Below are positions 36,593 to 49,783 of a DNA stretch of 64,000 bases, piece after piece. Every line of letters begins with the position of its first letter. The first letter of the stretch is position 1. The translations under genes were made by a program, and so were the position numbers. Under the pieces are notes generated by a model that worked only from the letters and a program-made list of their open reading frames with translations, was not told the origin of the DNA and searched no databases. Origin of the DNA: Ancylonema sp. (lineage: Eukaryota); assembly GCA_050230475.1 (NCBI GenBank), contig JBFLGF010000130.1:1-64000 (forward strand), read 5' to 3'.

Positions 36593-39500
36593 ATGGCGTC
36601 CAATGAACATCCGCAGGCAGACGGGTTGGCGGAAAGGATGGTCCAGCCTGGGAAGCTCAACGAGGCTGTAGAGACCCTCCTCAACTCGGAAAAGCAAATG
36701 AGATTGGTAAGTAAAAAAGACGATTCATCATACCTCAGCTCTGCTTAAATTTTAATCTGATACACACACCGCATACAGGCATGGAGCTTACCATAATAGC
36801 CTGTGCTGCCATTGATATTGACTTGATAAGAGTCATTGCGTATTATGGTATGTCAGCATACTGGAGTATGCAAACGGTGTCTGTTGATGTCTCTGTCACT
36901 GACGAGTTCAACTCAGGTCAGCACTGTATTTTATTTTTCTTCAGGCTGCAGATGTGGTCGGTACAAGGAAAGTGGCGTTGGAGATCGTACAAATGTGTTA
37001 TGCAGTAAAGGACTGGAAAGCGCTGAACGAAAACATCGTGCTTCTGTCTAAGCGAAGAGCTCAGCTGAAACAAGTAAGGTCCCACTGCCCTTGCGGACCT
37101 GCATACGTGTGAGGCGCAGATAAGAAGATTAGAGGTGCAGATGTCGAAATTGTATTGATTTTGTCGAGAAAAACTTCATTATTCTCAACATTTCCAGTCA
37201 CATGTATTTGGCACAGAGACAGCTTGCCTCGGTTGTCAAAGCCTCGCCGCAGTAATCGAATGATTTATATTCAGTTGATTTGGAAATGACTGGAAACAAC
37301 TACCTTTGCACCTGGGAGATAAGTGAGATATGAGCTTTCCATGCCCCAGGCTGTGGTCGCTATAGTGCAAGAGGCAATGACCTACTTGGATTCAGCTCCT
37401 GATGAGGAAACACGAGTGGAGTTGATCAAGACTCTCAATAATGTCGCTGCTAGCAAGGTGCTCACTTCATCTGTGCATGCAACCCAAGATAGTCATGGTG
37501 AAGAAAATTGATGTAGTAATGGGATGCATGCGTGTGCTTCCATGCACTCGTCTGACACCTGCAGATGTTTATAGAAATAAACATTTCTTAGATTCGGTGA
37601 TCCGTTTTGACTGAAAGGAGGAGGGCAAGACGATGAAAAGGATTGCATGTCTGCTGGATGTGGAGATATACAGAAGAGAATTGATCAGAATCGCTTTTGC
37701 CTGAAGCACAAATTCGTGTTGCTTGTGCTCTTCTCAGATGTATCTGGAGATTGAGCGGGCGCGTCTGACCAAGAGGCTGGCAAAGATCAAGGAAGATCAA
37801 GGGCTGATAAAGGAGGCGGCGGAAATTATGCAAGAAGTCGCGGTATGGCACCTTTTATAGCACGAGAATCATTCACCATTGCTCGCCCGTCAGAAGAGTG
37901 TCTTTGTTCCTCGACATAAGAGACCTCACGCACATTGGTCAATAAGAGTAACCTAAAGCCTTCGGGTGTTGTTGCAGCAAACCAAGTTTTGTCGGTGGTT
38001 TGCCGTGTAGAGTTGCAGATGTTGAGCTGGATCTTGAAGTCAGGACTAAAGCTCCTTGTCATCCTGTTTGTCCCTCACTTGTCGTATTGAAACCATGGGT
38101 GTGAAACCACTACGTTTCTCGCCAATATGCTCGTTTTTAATTTTCCTTACGTCACAGGTGGAGACTTTTGGAGCCATGGCAAAGACAGAGAAAATCGCGT
38201 TCATTCTGGAACAGGTCAGCTGTTTGTGCACGTCTCCCTTCTCCAGGGTAGGGTGGAAATGAAACTGTCAAATTAATGAAGATACGATAGGTACGGATGC
38301 AGGATGATTGGTTGCAAGAGTTACAGGGAATGTTGGTTGAGTTCATGTCTTTTCGAGGTGGAGATTCCGGCCCAGGCTGTCATGAAGCACCTTCTGCAGC
38401 CGTTGCAGGCTGCAGATTCTGATTCCCAGATGTTGTGTGAGGGTGTAAGAGTTTGTAACAACAAGCAACAAGATCACTGGGAGGGTTCAAAAGCATGCTT
38501 GCTTCTCATACAAAAGAGAAGTAGGCCCGTAGTTTGCCTCAACTAGGACACCATGCGTGCTACTGTACTCTCCAAACATGCCCCATGCCTGTGCACACCC
38601 GGCTGTGTTCTACGCACTGATGTGGATGAGAAAGTGTGAACATGCACAGGTTCGGCTCTGTCTGGACCACGAAGACTACATGCGCGCGCAGATCCTGGCA
38701 AAGAAAGTCAACCCCAAGGTGTTTGTAGAGGTGACAGCAGAGAAGAAGAAGAAGGGGAGTGAGGCAGAGGTGCTGGTGGAGGTGGCTGGCCCTGACGTAC
38801 CCACACTGCCTGAGCTCAAGGTCACGTACTACCAGCTCATGATCAGGTAGGCTCGTTTTCATTACTTGTCACGCCCCCCACTTGGTTCTCGTGTGCAACC
38901 ATAGGCGATGCCAGAAAATCGGTGCAATGATCCGCTCTGCATGATTCCAGAAGTGGCACCTTCGAAAGGAAGGTACATTTCACGTTTCACATTTCACATT
39001 TCACATTTCACATTTCACATTTCACATTTCACATTTCACATTTCACATTTCACATTGCACATTTCACATTTCACATTTCACATTTCACATTTCACATTTC
39101 ACATTTCACATTTCACATTTCACATCAACACCATTATCCACTTTCCGATCTTTCGGCTCCCATCTTGAATTTGCATCCAAAGCCTAGCCTCAACTGTTCC
39201 CTCACACCTGAAGTGGCGAAATAAGAGTCGTTCTCAGCATGTGAACCAGTCCCCCCGACCAGCGATCGTGAGGCAACAGAGGAAGTTGACAATCTTGTCT
39301 GTCTGTCTGTGGGTGGGTGGGCAGGTACCACACGCACGCCAAAGACTTTCTGGAAATCGCTCGCTGCTACCAGAGCATCTACGACTCCCCCTCTGTGTAG
39401 GAAGACGACGCCCAATGGCCACCTGTGAGCACACGCTGCCTCACCAGTTATGAAACAGTCCTACTTGGAGCAACATGACATGCTTTCATTCCTAACCCGC

Positions 39501-41496
39501 CTACGAGAGTGCCTTCAACTAAATAGCGGTAACAAACAACGACGTAGCACCACATTTTTCACACCTCCCCTACTTTTGTGAGTATACATCCACCTAAAAA
39601 GTATCGCACATGAACACAACCAAAAATTAAAAAAACGACTGCAGCCTCTGCCGCATCTCTACTCTAGTATGAAGACGCAGCAGCAGCAGCAGCAGCAATC
39701 CCCCGCTTCTCCACGCACCTTCCCTCCCAGAGACCTACCCACCCTGCCTGCACCTCTCATGCCAGCCCCCCCCCAACCCCCCCCCCTGTGTGCCCAGCTT
39801 CTGCAGCGCATCTGCTGGTGCCTGGTGCTGGCCCCCCACGGCTCCATGCAGTCCAGCCTGCTCCACGCCACTGTTCTGGACAAACGTCTGGAGCAGCTGC
39901 CCAAATTCAGGTACACACCCATACACCTACCCACCGACCTACCAAAGGACACCTACCCACCCACCAACCCACCCACCTACAAACCTACCCACCTGCCTAC
40001 CTACCTACCTACCAACCTACCATCCTACCGACCTACGCACCGACCTACCTACGTACCTAAGTCTACGTGGACCTACCCATCTAGGAGGGACACTGAGGCT
40101 GGGAGGCAGTGGCCAACGCTGCGGATTGCTGAAGCAGAAAAGCTGATAGCCATGTTCTTTGATAAATTTTGTTGCGGTTGCTGAATAGCTGATTTATCTA
40201 CAGACCATTCCTGTCTACGCTCTTCCATTGACAGCCTCTTGCCCTGCTCCTGTTGTTATTATTTTTTCCTGCACCTCCTCCAAACCAGTACATTCCTCAC
40301 CTCCAAGACATGTTCCAGCTGCAGCTCACAGAGCTTTCTGTCAAACTGGTACTCATTATGAAACAGTGAGTGATGTTGACGCAATCTGTTTTTCGTGCCA
40401 GGGCTCTCCTCAAGTGGTTCACCACCATGGAGGTCATCCATTGGCCCAAGCTGGCAGGGGAGTACAAAGCAGAGATGGAGACGGAGAAGGCCCTCTTCGG
40501 GAGTACCAAAGGAAAGGAGATGACGGATGTGTTGAGGCAACGCGTGATTGAACACGTGAGGCTGCTTCTCTATGTGCCGTAAAGACATGGTCGTTGTGAA
40601 CAGAGAGATGAGGGGAGTGAATATGAATATGCAGTTGAAGGAGAGGGGGTGCAAGAAATGGAGGTGAGGCGTATGAGGTGAGAAGACAATGTGGGGTTAG
40701 AGGAGGGAGGAGCGGTCCCATGTTGTCATGGTGGTGGTGATATCTTTTTTAGCAAATTTGGAGTGGCAAAGTGTTGAGTAGGACGGATGCTGTCCTAAGG
40801 CAGACGTTAGGGTTCAGGATTTTCCAGGAGGCTAGTGTCTAAGGACTCTTGCTGGACTTTTGTTGGACTTCTGCCGCTTTTGCCGCTTTTCGCCGACTGT
40901 TGCCGACTTTTGCCGATCATGTGCCAGAATATCCTGGTGGTGGCCAAGTACTACGCTCGAGTCACCATGACCCGCCTCGCGCAGCTGCTGGATCTATCAA
41001 CAGCTGTAAGGAGACCCCGGGACCCTACCCTTTGCAGCAACAAACACACAAGATGTCGAACATTCCGTAAACCGTAGTGGTCATCAGTGCCTCATATGAA
41101 AAACTAAATGTAAAACATTGTTATTGATGTAGATTTCATGTTTTCCATGTTTTCATATACCTCCTGTCCTTTCGTTTCGTTTCATCTCCTCTACTTTCTA
41201 CCCCTTCCTGATTTCCTATCACACCCTTCTTCCTTTTCAATATCCTATGTTCGCACCCCGTCCCCTCACGTGTGCAGGAGGCGGAGAAGCACTTGTCAGA
41301 TATGGTGGTGGCCAAGGCATGCTATGCTCGAGTGGATCGACCCGCAGGGATAGTGTCTTTCAAGGGCAAGCCGGATGGGAATGAGGTCCTCAACAAGTGG
41401 GCCACTAGCATAGAGAAGTTGTTGGGGCTTGTGGAAACAAGCTGCCATCAAATCCACAAGGAGTCCATGGTGCACAATATTTCTCTAGGAGTATGA
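36593..41496 (+). CDS. RPN5: 26S proteasome non-ATPase regulatory subunit 12 (RPN5), 11 exons; in-frame TAG at 39398-39400
   Basis: Exons 36593-36706 (alternative ATG 36638), 36945-37073, 37350-37457, 37738-37842, 38158-38214, 38650-38846, 39325-39424, 39798-39910, 40402-40555, 40928-41005 and 41278-41496. They give [73 protein letters not shown] and [17 protein letters not shown]. Confidence 0.95.
38975..39125. repeat. (catttca)n 7-mer microsatellite
   Basis: About 21 copies in RPN5 intron 6. Confidence 0.95.
39915..40080. repeat. (ccta/ccca)n tetranucleotide low-complexity repeat
   Basis: Located in RPN5 intron 8. Confidence 0.85.
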
Positions 41497-42504
41497 GAGA
41501 AGTGTTTGGTCGCTCTAAAGAAAACGAGGAAATAGTTGAGAGGAGTGAGAGAGGGCTGAGTCTTATTCGAATTGTGTTGCCACATGAAAATGGTGTCATG
41601 AGAGGATGTATTGAGATCTGAGCTAGAATGAATATTTGTGTTGCATAATTTCGTTCATCGAAGCACTTGCTTTGAATATCTCCTTACCAAAATAATCATA
41701 TTTCGTGTGCTTCATATGTATATGGGATGCATTTCGTAGGGAGCGGCAACATTTACAAATGAATTGACTTTAAAGCAGTGACATGTTCTTACCATGCGAC
41801 CTTGAAATCCAAGTGGTTGTTAGACCATACATGATTGTGCCAACATGGTGATGATGCCGTTGGTTGTTTGCAAAAGAGGCCCAGATGGTAGAGGAGTGTA
41901 AGTTGTATCGCATCAATATTTCTAGTTTATTTATGTAGCGGATTGTCGAATGCGAGGCGGATTCGTAGGCGGCGGTAAAATGTTAGATATGCATGCCTGT
42001 GATGACAGATTGTACGGAATCTTTACATTCGGTAGCCTAGAATGGAGTACGCAGGGCGGGGTTGCACACTTGGTGACGGCGTTTACGACATCTAAGATTA
42101 CTGCACCACTTGCTAGTGGCGGCTATTGTGGATCCCATATCCTTCCTCCTCGCTCCTGGAAATACTCGCGTATCGGACAAACGCGTGTCACATGGCAAAG
42201 TTACCCCGACACATCACTCCAAACAGACTCCAACGGATGGGCTCCTACAGAATTTCAGGCGGCAGGAAATGTGCATCCCCTTACCAAGTGACCAGAACTA
42301 GCAGTCGGCATCATACCGTCAAAAATTGTAATCTGCCATTTCTAGCATGGGGCCCCAAAGTAATTTAGGGGTCGGATTCGGGCCGGCCATCCCGTTAGAC
42401 TGGCCAGCCTAGATGAGACTGGCCCCAGTCTGCAGTCCCAATTTGCCATCCCAAGCCGAGTCCAAGGCCCAGTCACGTCCTAGTCTCCTAGTCTAATACT
42501 ACCA

Positions 42505-43000
42505 TTCTTATGCGCACGCATGAAGGCGGAATTCCGGGAATCCGGGAAGGAGTTGCAACCCTTGCCCATGAGGGGGCTTGAGTACCGGTGGGGCGTTGAC
42601 TTTGCTGGTCCTCTTCCCATGACCACGCCATGTAACAAGTGGATATGGTGTGGGTGGAGCTCATCCCGCTTCCGTCGAAGTCCTCTCGTGACTCGGCGAG
42701 GGGCTTCTTGGAGGGGGTCCTTAGTCGGTATGGGGCACCAAGAGAGGTTCTCACAGACCAGGGGAGGGAGTTTTTGGGAGAATTCCAAAACCTCTTGTCA
42801 CATCACGAAATCACTCATAGATTCGCGTCGCGAGAGCACCCCCCGTCAAATGGACTGGCGGAGAGGATGGTCCAAACGATGAAGAGGGCCCTGAGGACGT
42901 GTCTCCTCAACGTGGGGGGGAAAGATTGGGACGAGCTACTCCCTTATGTGGCCATGGGGTACAAAATGTCCAAGCAGAAGTCGGAAGGCTACTCTATACC
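42505..43000 (+). mobile_element. Ty3/Gypsy integrase catalytic-core fragment (frameshifted)
   Basis: LQPLP..RWGVDFAGPLP, then a deletion/frameshift, then [62 protein letters not shown]. The D-D-E residues are recognisable. Confidence 0.92.
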
Positions 43001-43412
43001 AACATTTAGTCTGGGGCCAATCTGCTAGTCCGTAAATTTCTAGTCCACTCTTGTATCATGTAATAATCTGCCCGTGCTCAGCCTCCTTACACTTGTGTAG
43101 GACAGTATACGATCGTGTGCCTATATGGTGGCTTAGTGGGGGAATATATGAATGTGCCTATACGGTGAAATGGTGCGGGTGCGGATATTTGCGTCCATAC
43201 GATAAATTGGCACATGCGTGGGTATTTTCGGTGTCATGATAATTTGGCACGTGTCCGGGGAGACGCATTTATCATTCAAGTTTCGATTGGCGATAGAAGG
43301 CATTAATTATTGAAGACCGCCATGATTGCTCTGCCACTTGTAGCAACATTCTCGAAGGAACACTTTCAACAACAACATGTTGGCAAGCAGCTCTAGGTCC
43401 ACATACGTAAGT

Positions 43413-44160
43413 CACGACAAGTTTTAGGGTGATGCATTGTTGTATCGTATATTCTGCGACATAGAAAGCTTAAGACGACAATGCGGCTAGACGGCAGGAC
43501 GGCAAGAGATGCTTCGTGTCAGCCATGCATTGTATCTTATTGATTTGGGTGACGTCGTTTAAGGAATGCTTGGCTAAGAAGTGAGTGGCAAGTGTGTTTG
43601 ACGGCAGTCCAGATTAGGGGCGCCGCAAAACGATCGAAGCCAGCTAGGAAGCAAAGAAACTATACAAAACCGTAATCTTTGTGCTCAGATCTCATTCGAT
43701 CCGTGTACACTCCAGGAACCGCTGCCGAAATGACTCTAGAAACTTTGTGTAATCTGATTGCGAGTTCCGCTGGAAATTCTGCCTATGTGAATCATTTCTA
43801 CAGTTGAGTGTAATTTATGCATGGAGTATCGATCGAAATTAATGCGCAGTACAAACATACATTTAAGCCTCGAGCACTTTACCCTCACACTGGGGCGTTG
43901 CCTTGCCTTTAGGTAGAATAGAAAATAATATTTGGTGTACTTCATAGACTTGTGAAGTGTGTGCATTAGCCGTTTGTTATCGCGCATGAGCGTAATGCAG
44001 ATCTCGACTCGTAGATCTTGTACGTGTGTACAGACACGTGACATTGAGTAGCGTTTTGCACATGAAAAGTGTAGTTGACGATTGTGTTCGTTATAACGTT
44101 AGGATGGCACGTGCAAGTGTGGCACGATGCTAGATGGCACGACACAAGCATGTCCATCCT
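43413..44160 (+). repeat. Dispersed ~0.75-kb repeat, copy 2
   Basis: Colinear diverged match to 28560-29337. Confidence 0.8.
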
Positions 44161-44164
44161 TATT

Positions 44165-44500
44165 ATAAACGTGCCCAGTCCATTAAATCTACCATCCCGA
44201 GAACCCAATCTAAGTAGACCCTGGAAGTTATTTTGGGGGGTTTCGCTTTTCCTATGGGTTGTTAATTTATTTTTTCGATTCTCGATTTTTCGATACGTGC
44301 CCAGCTAAAAAAACACACGTGTCCAGCCCAAAATCGGCTGGACCAGTCTGCCCAGTCTAAACCCAGTCTAACCCAATCTAACCCAGTCTATCTCAAAATC
44401 CCAGTCTACAATCCCAAAACTCCAATCCAATCAACTCTATTTCACGACCAGACTTGAAGCGGACTGGCCAAACTCCAGTCCGGACTGGTGACCCATATAG
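44165..44500. repeat. cccagtct/agactgg-rich element remnant, related to 42365-42495
   Basis: Many cccagtct(a)/cccaatct motifs in both orientations on both sides of the integrase fragment and the dispersed repeat. Confidence 0.45.
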
Positions 44501-45004
44501 GCTAATATTGTCCATGCTACCCAATTCACATCTGACAGATATCTCAACTATCGGCTGGAATGGCTGGGGTACCTCCAGCCTACCGGCATGCAGAGGCTCA
44601 CCAGCAAGCCGTGAAGAAATGGGCGGGCTGGACCGGCAGTTCTCTACTTCGACTGAGCGCGGAGAGGGCAAAGAGCTCGGAAGAACCGCTGACAGATGAC
44701 CTCCTATCCGTGCTTCAGCACATGAATCGTCGGACAGGGAATTTCGTGATACTCGTCGAGGCTCGGATTTTGATGGCAGTGGAAGGACCTTCTGTTAACG
44801 ACGTCGCGTTCAGGCATAGGAACAACTGCCACATATGATGGGAAACGCACTCTGCGTTTTTTTTACGAAAGCGGCATGAGCCAGTCCGTGGACAAGAATG
44901 CGCCGAAAGCACCTAAGGTCATCCACTTCCCGTTGCAGTGGAGATGAAAATTCAGAGAATGAGCCTCATGTTCACCAGAGCTTCCTTCTCGATTGCTTGT
45001 GCAG

Positions 45005-46437
45005 AGAGGGCAGGAGATTGAAGTGGCCGTGCCACTAGTGTATGGAACGGTGTCCTCTTGGCTGGGGAAGAAATCTTCGGAGTAAGGATGAACCTGACCC
45101 CCCAGACGAGCAACATATGGTGGTCAGACCTGTACTGACATGACTCGCGCTACATTCTTGTATATATTTCGGTATTGCGTGTGTTTAAAATCCGAGCTAT
45201 TCAATAAATTATTGCACCCTCCTCAATCAATTTTATCCTATCACTGCACGTGGCTGTGTGGCAAATGTTCATTCAGAGGCGTGTATGAAAAACATGTTTT
45301 GTATGCTTGCAGCCTGTATATCTTGTCGTCGAATAATGTAACGAGGGTGTACATACACCTACGATCAGCTTCTTCGTAATTAAAATCATTGGATTATTGG
45401 TGGCTGTTGATGCACTTCCTGTCAAATATTCAATTTCTGATGTCCACTCATTCAGTACGCATGTTTCCCTCTTTATTTTCAGAACCAGTCCAGACCCCAC
45501 AAAAAAAACCATCTCTCTGCATGCAAGTGTCTGTCTCTCTGAACGCGATAAATGAGCGCATAAGAAAACAATCGGATGCAAGTGTGTCGCCGGTGATTCA
45601 TACCTCTGACTGATGCCGCCTTCACCTTTATTTTGCAACCATCGCTGCCTCGAAAACAAACGTTCTGATGGAAAATCAACGTGGTGACGTGGCATCCACT
45701 CCTGCTGACGTGGCAGAACCCACTCGCACCGCTGGACTGTCTACGTCCGGTCCCCGTACAACGACGACCTGTCTGCCATCATCGAGCGAGTCGTTTTCAC
45801 ACTGCACACGAGTTTCAACGATCCGGTTCGAGAAGTGACCACTCCCCCATTCGAGGTATCTGAAAGTGGATGGGGGGAATTCGAGATTCGAATCTCCATA
45901 TTTCTACATCCCGATTCGGGTGTAGAAAGCCCTGTCGAACTGTGAGTCCTCTGGTCCTGCCACCTGGCGCATATCTCCTGAATACGCGACATCTGGCGCA
46001 GGTTGCATGGCCTGAAGCTGTATGCGGATAACGATGGAGTGGTGCAATCTTTGAAGCGGCCGGTAGTGGTCGAAACTTACGACGAGCTTCTACTCATGGA
46101 CCCTCCTGATGAGTTTTTGAACGCCATCCGTCTCAACCCCGCTGTCATCGTCTTCAATGCCCCCCCACCACATCCAGGTCAGAACACCCATTTCATCCTA
46201 CTTTCCTCTTTCCGTTGTCTCCTAATTTTACCTGATTTTACCTTTCTTTTTTCTTCCTGTTTTCTCATTTTCCTGTTTTCAAGTTTTTCTATTTTCCTAA
46301 TTTCCTATCCCTCTATCATTCTATTTTACCATTTTCCAATATTTTTAATTTTCTGTTTTCCTGGTTTGTTTTCAACCTTATTTATTATTTCCTATGTCCC
46401 TGATATATACACACACACATATATATACATATATATG

Positions 46438-46468
<31 letters not shown>

Positions 46469-47253
46469 ATGTATTTTATTATTTTTCAACCTCCCTCTCC
46501 TCCAATTTGCCTTCTTCTATCTTCCTATCTTCCTATTGTCCTATTTTCCTATTTTCCTATTTTCCTATTTTCCTCATTTTCTATGTTCTTATTTTCCTAT
46601 TTCTCTAATTTCCTACGTCCCTTTATCCCCGTTGTTTCCATTTTCACATTTAACTATTTTATTATTATCTTATTTCCTATTTTCCTATTTTCCTATTCTC
46701 CTGTATTCTTATTTCCCTATTTCACTATTTTCCTTTTTTCCGTGTATTCCTATTTTCCTTTTTAACTACTTTCCCCGTTCCATCGCATCGTACACTTCGG
46801 ACGGTGCTTTTCGATGCTCCAGCTGGCTGTGCTCTCGGACCATCACCAACATGACATGGAACAATCACCAAACCATTTTTGAGTATGCCTTCATTTGTGT
46901 GTGGGTATTGGTCCAGGTACGGTGGTGAGAGAAAACGGAGGTGCTCAGGAATCTGGGAGCACCAAAAACCATGCCCTTGTGCAGTGGTTCAAGACGTACT
47001 CAGAGGAAGAGGAGTTGAAATACATCGCATCCATGCGAAAAAAAGTACGCACCAGACCTGAAACAACCGACATTAGGGAGTACAGACTTGTGGGCAAAAA
47101 ACACGCACCTGACTTTGTCCGTTTGGTCGGTCGGTTGGTCGGTTGGTCGGTTGGTTATTTGTACAGGTGGCAGTACAGATGCGGGAGATGCAGCGAAGAC
47201 TGGCATTGGCTGATGCTGAGGTTCAGAGCTTACGTGCCAGCGCCGCCTCCTGA
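45005..47253 (+). CDS. YAF9: YEATS-domain protein (YAF9/GAS41/TAF14b-like); first exon uncertain
   Basis: Exons 45005-45081, 45717-45941, 46002-46177, 46917-47044 and 47167-47253 give VPLVYG..WLGKK-..SHRWTVYVR..VVFTLHTSF.DPVR..PPFEVSESGWGEFEI..LKLY..PVVVETYDE plus a C-terminal coiled-coil-like segment. The start may be ATG 44773 via a weak GC donor. Confidence 0.9.
46195..46775. repeat. Pyrimidine-rich (tttcctat)n low-complexity intron filler with an embedded TA run
   Basis: Located in a YAF9 intron. Confidence 0.85.
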
Positions 47254-47344
47254 ATCTTCAAGATTGTGGCTAAGGCCACCTAGTACTTGTCCATAGGCTA
47301 TAGATAGGGCCAAGTATTGAGGTGCGATATTTGATTTGGTTGTC

Positions 47345-47515
47345 GAGGAGGACGAAAATGATGACGATGATGATGGTGATGATGATTATGATGGTGATGA
47401 CGATGATGATGGTGATGACGATGATGATGATGATGGTGATGACGATGATGATGATGATGATGATGATGGTGATGGTGATGGTGATGGTGATGATGATGAT
47501 GATGATGTTGATGAG
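47345..47515. repeat. (GAT/GGT)n microsatellite
   Basis: Lies downstream of the YAF9 stop codon and generates the poly-D/poly-M/poly-S ORFs. Confidence 0.93.
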
Positions 47516-48241
47516 TGAAGTGTGATAACCTGAGGGCTTGTAACGCTCTTTGCAGTCGCTGTGTGCTCCATGGACCCTCTGTGTGAGGGGTACGTTAATG
47601 CGCTAGATGAATCAAGAAACAAAGAAATAAAAAACAATACATGGGGCGTAGAGCCGGCCGGGTTTGCACAAAGTGCTCCAAAAATACATTGTTTTTGCAA
47701 AAATACGTTGTTTTTGCAAATCAACTGTTTTAGTTGCTTATGGCAAGAGCACAGGTAGATGAAGCATGGTAATAGGGATGAAGCTCCGTTCATTTCTTTG
47801 TATTGTTAGAGCACGTGAGTGCGCAGAAACAAAATGATGTTAGTTGACTTGATTTGGCGCGTGGGCATTCTCATATATCGACAATTATTTTTCATGGATG
47901 TGTCCAATCTCCTTGATAACGACATCAGCCAAGAAGGGAGTATTAATGTAAGATACAAGGTGCACCATAGCAAACAAAACTTGATTTTCTAGTCAGACAC
48001 GGCACGGCCATCTCTACAATAGCTTGTGTGGTGCCTCTTTGATACCTCGTGAATGGTCATGTGTGACATGCAAGGAAGTGATCTCCAGTTGCGCTTAAAA
48101 TGAAAAGAAACACAGAAGGCTAACCTGTCCTCATCGACCTACGGCAGTTTTTCTCCAGGATCTTGTGCTTACCATAGTGCCGTGGAGTTTGTGAAGGCTA
48201 TTCCACGAAAGCGGATTTCTAGCCTTTTTCTTATTGATTTA

Positions 48242-49783
48242 GAGCATTGCTTATGCCATACCCAAGACGATACCCAAGACGACACCGAAGACGACAGGTT
48301 AACCTGTCGTTTTGGGGGAATTATTTCGGCGGAACCCCGCGATAATCGAAGTACATATTGAGAGCTTACCGAAGAAAAGTGGCATTGCTTAGGCCATACC
48401 ATGCCAATACCCAAGACGACACCGAAGTCTTTTCCCGGGATTTGACTTTATATTACGGTTCCGAAAGCCCCTCTCAGTGGCACCGTGCCTTTCAGCACTG
48501 TGTCAGGGTCGGAATTTTGGCTACTTTTTGTCGCAATATGGCTAACAGAGATGCCAACCACTTGCAACTGCAATACTTCGCAGGTTTTCTTGTCCACGCG
48601 CAGCGTTGCGTCACGATCCACCTCGATATCGCTGTAAAAAGCCGAACTAATCACAAATTCGCCTCATGAATTCTGAACTTTCAAACACCACCATCTTTTC
48701 AGATATGGTGATGACGAATCTGTGAATTAGTATGACAGTAGATGATGTTTTCAAAAGACTTCTGAAATTTGCAAAACAGAAAAACATTTGATAATAGTGA
48801 AGTTGCATGCATTTATGTGATGAGATGCTTTACGACCAAATTCGCCTCATAAATTCTGAACTTTTAAAGCACCAGCGTTTTTCCAGATATGGCAACAACG
48901 AATCTGTAAGAATGCCTGACAGTAGATGAATTCTTCAAAAGACTTCTGAATTTTACAGAACAGCAATTTTTTTGATAACAATGAAGCTATTCGCATATAT
49001 GTGATCGGATATATTACGAATTCAAAGTTTATGTTACAAATGCACCAGCCATTTTGTGAATACGGCGATGCCGACTCTCCATCTCCGCAATACACTACAC
49101 ATATCTCTGATCAGTCTGCTGCAATCCACTTTGCGCGTCGAAATTTGACGCCGAACAGGGAAATACGTTACAATCACTCTAAACTAGCAAGAAAAAAATA
49201 ATCGTGCCAGAATCGTTACATTGATTGGTTACAAGAGAAGTAGCGCTTCTTGCATTGCCAAAACTATGCAGTCTGATTTAATTTTTTCCTGCCTATCACT
49301 GCGTTCCAAAAAACTATGTCCAAAGAAATCATTGAAACGGAAAGCACGAATTTTCTTCCGCATATTCGTAACGCGTCTCTCCATCTCCATCTACGCGAAA
49401 CCAAAAGCGAGGGTGAGGCACTGCGGGTCGATCTAAGCTTCGCCTCCGCAAGTGCGATGTAGTTGCATATCGTCAGTAGCAAGGGGCGTCGGATACGATC
49501 AGAGAATCAGCCGGAGGTGGCAGCCATGGAGCCAGAGTAAGCGGGTCAGGACAGATCAGGGCAGAGGGGATCATGGCGGGAAGTGACGGCTGCCTCGGCA
49601 CGATTTACGAACCAACGTGATTGGATAATGGGCATGTCGTCTTCGGTGTCGTCTTGGGTAAAGAAAATTGACCCAAGACCATTGTCGTCTTGGGTAATTT
49701 TTTGTGGCGAAACTATTTACCGAAGACGACATAAACGGCGCAACTTCTTCGGTGTCGTCTTGGGTATGGCATAAGCAATGCTC
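48242..49783. mobile_element. Non-autonomous PIF/Harbinger-type element, 1542 bp
   Basis: Perfect 29-bp TIRs gagcattgcttatgccatacccaagacga with a TTA target-site duplication (48239-48241 and 49784-49786). It has subterminal cccaagacgacaccgaag repeats in mirror orientation and an internal ~183-bp tandem duplication (starting about 48654 and 48837). Confidence 0.92.

Noticed and set aside
8391..39400. Nuclear genetic-code reassignment of TAG
   Set aside because: NMT (canonical GLVLL end), ClpR3, the CID gene, cpRNP and the PDZ gene all end in TAG. The two internal TAGs also align to different residue types.
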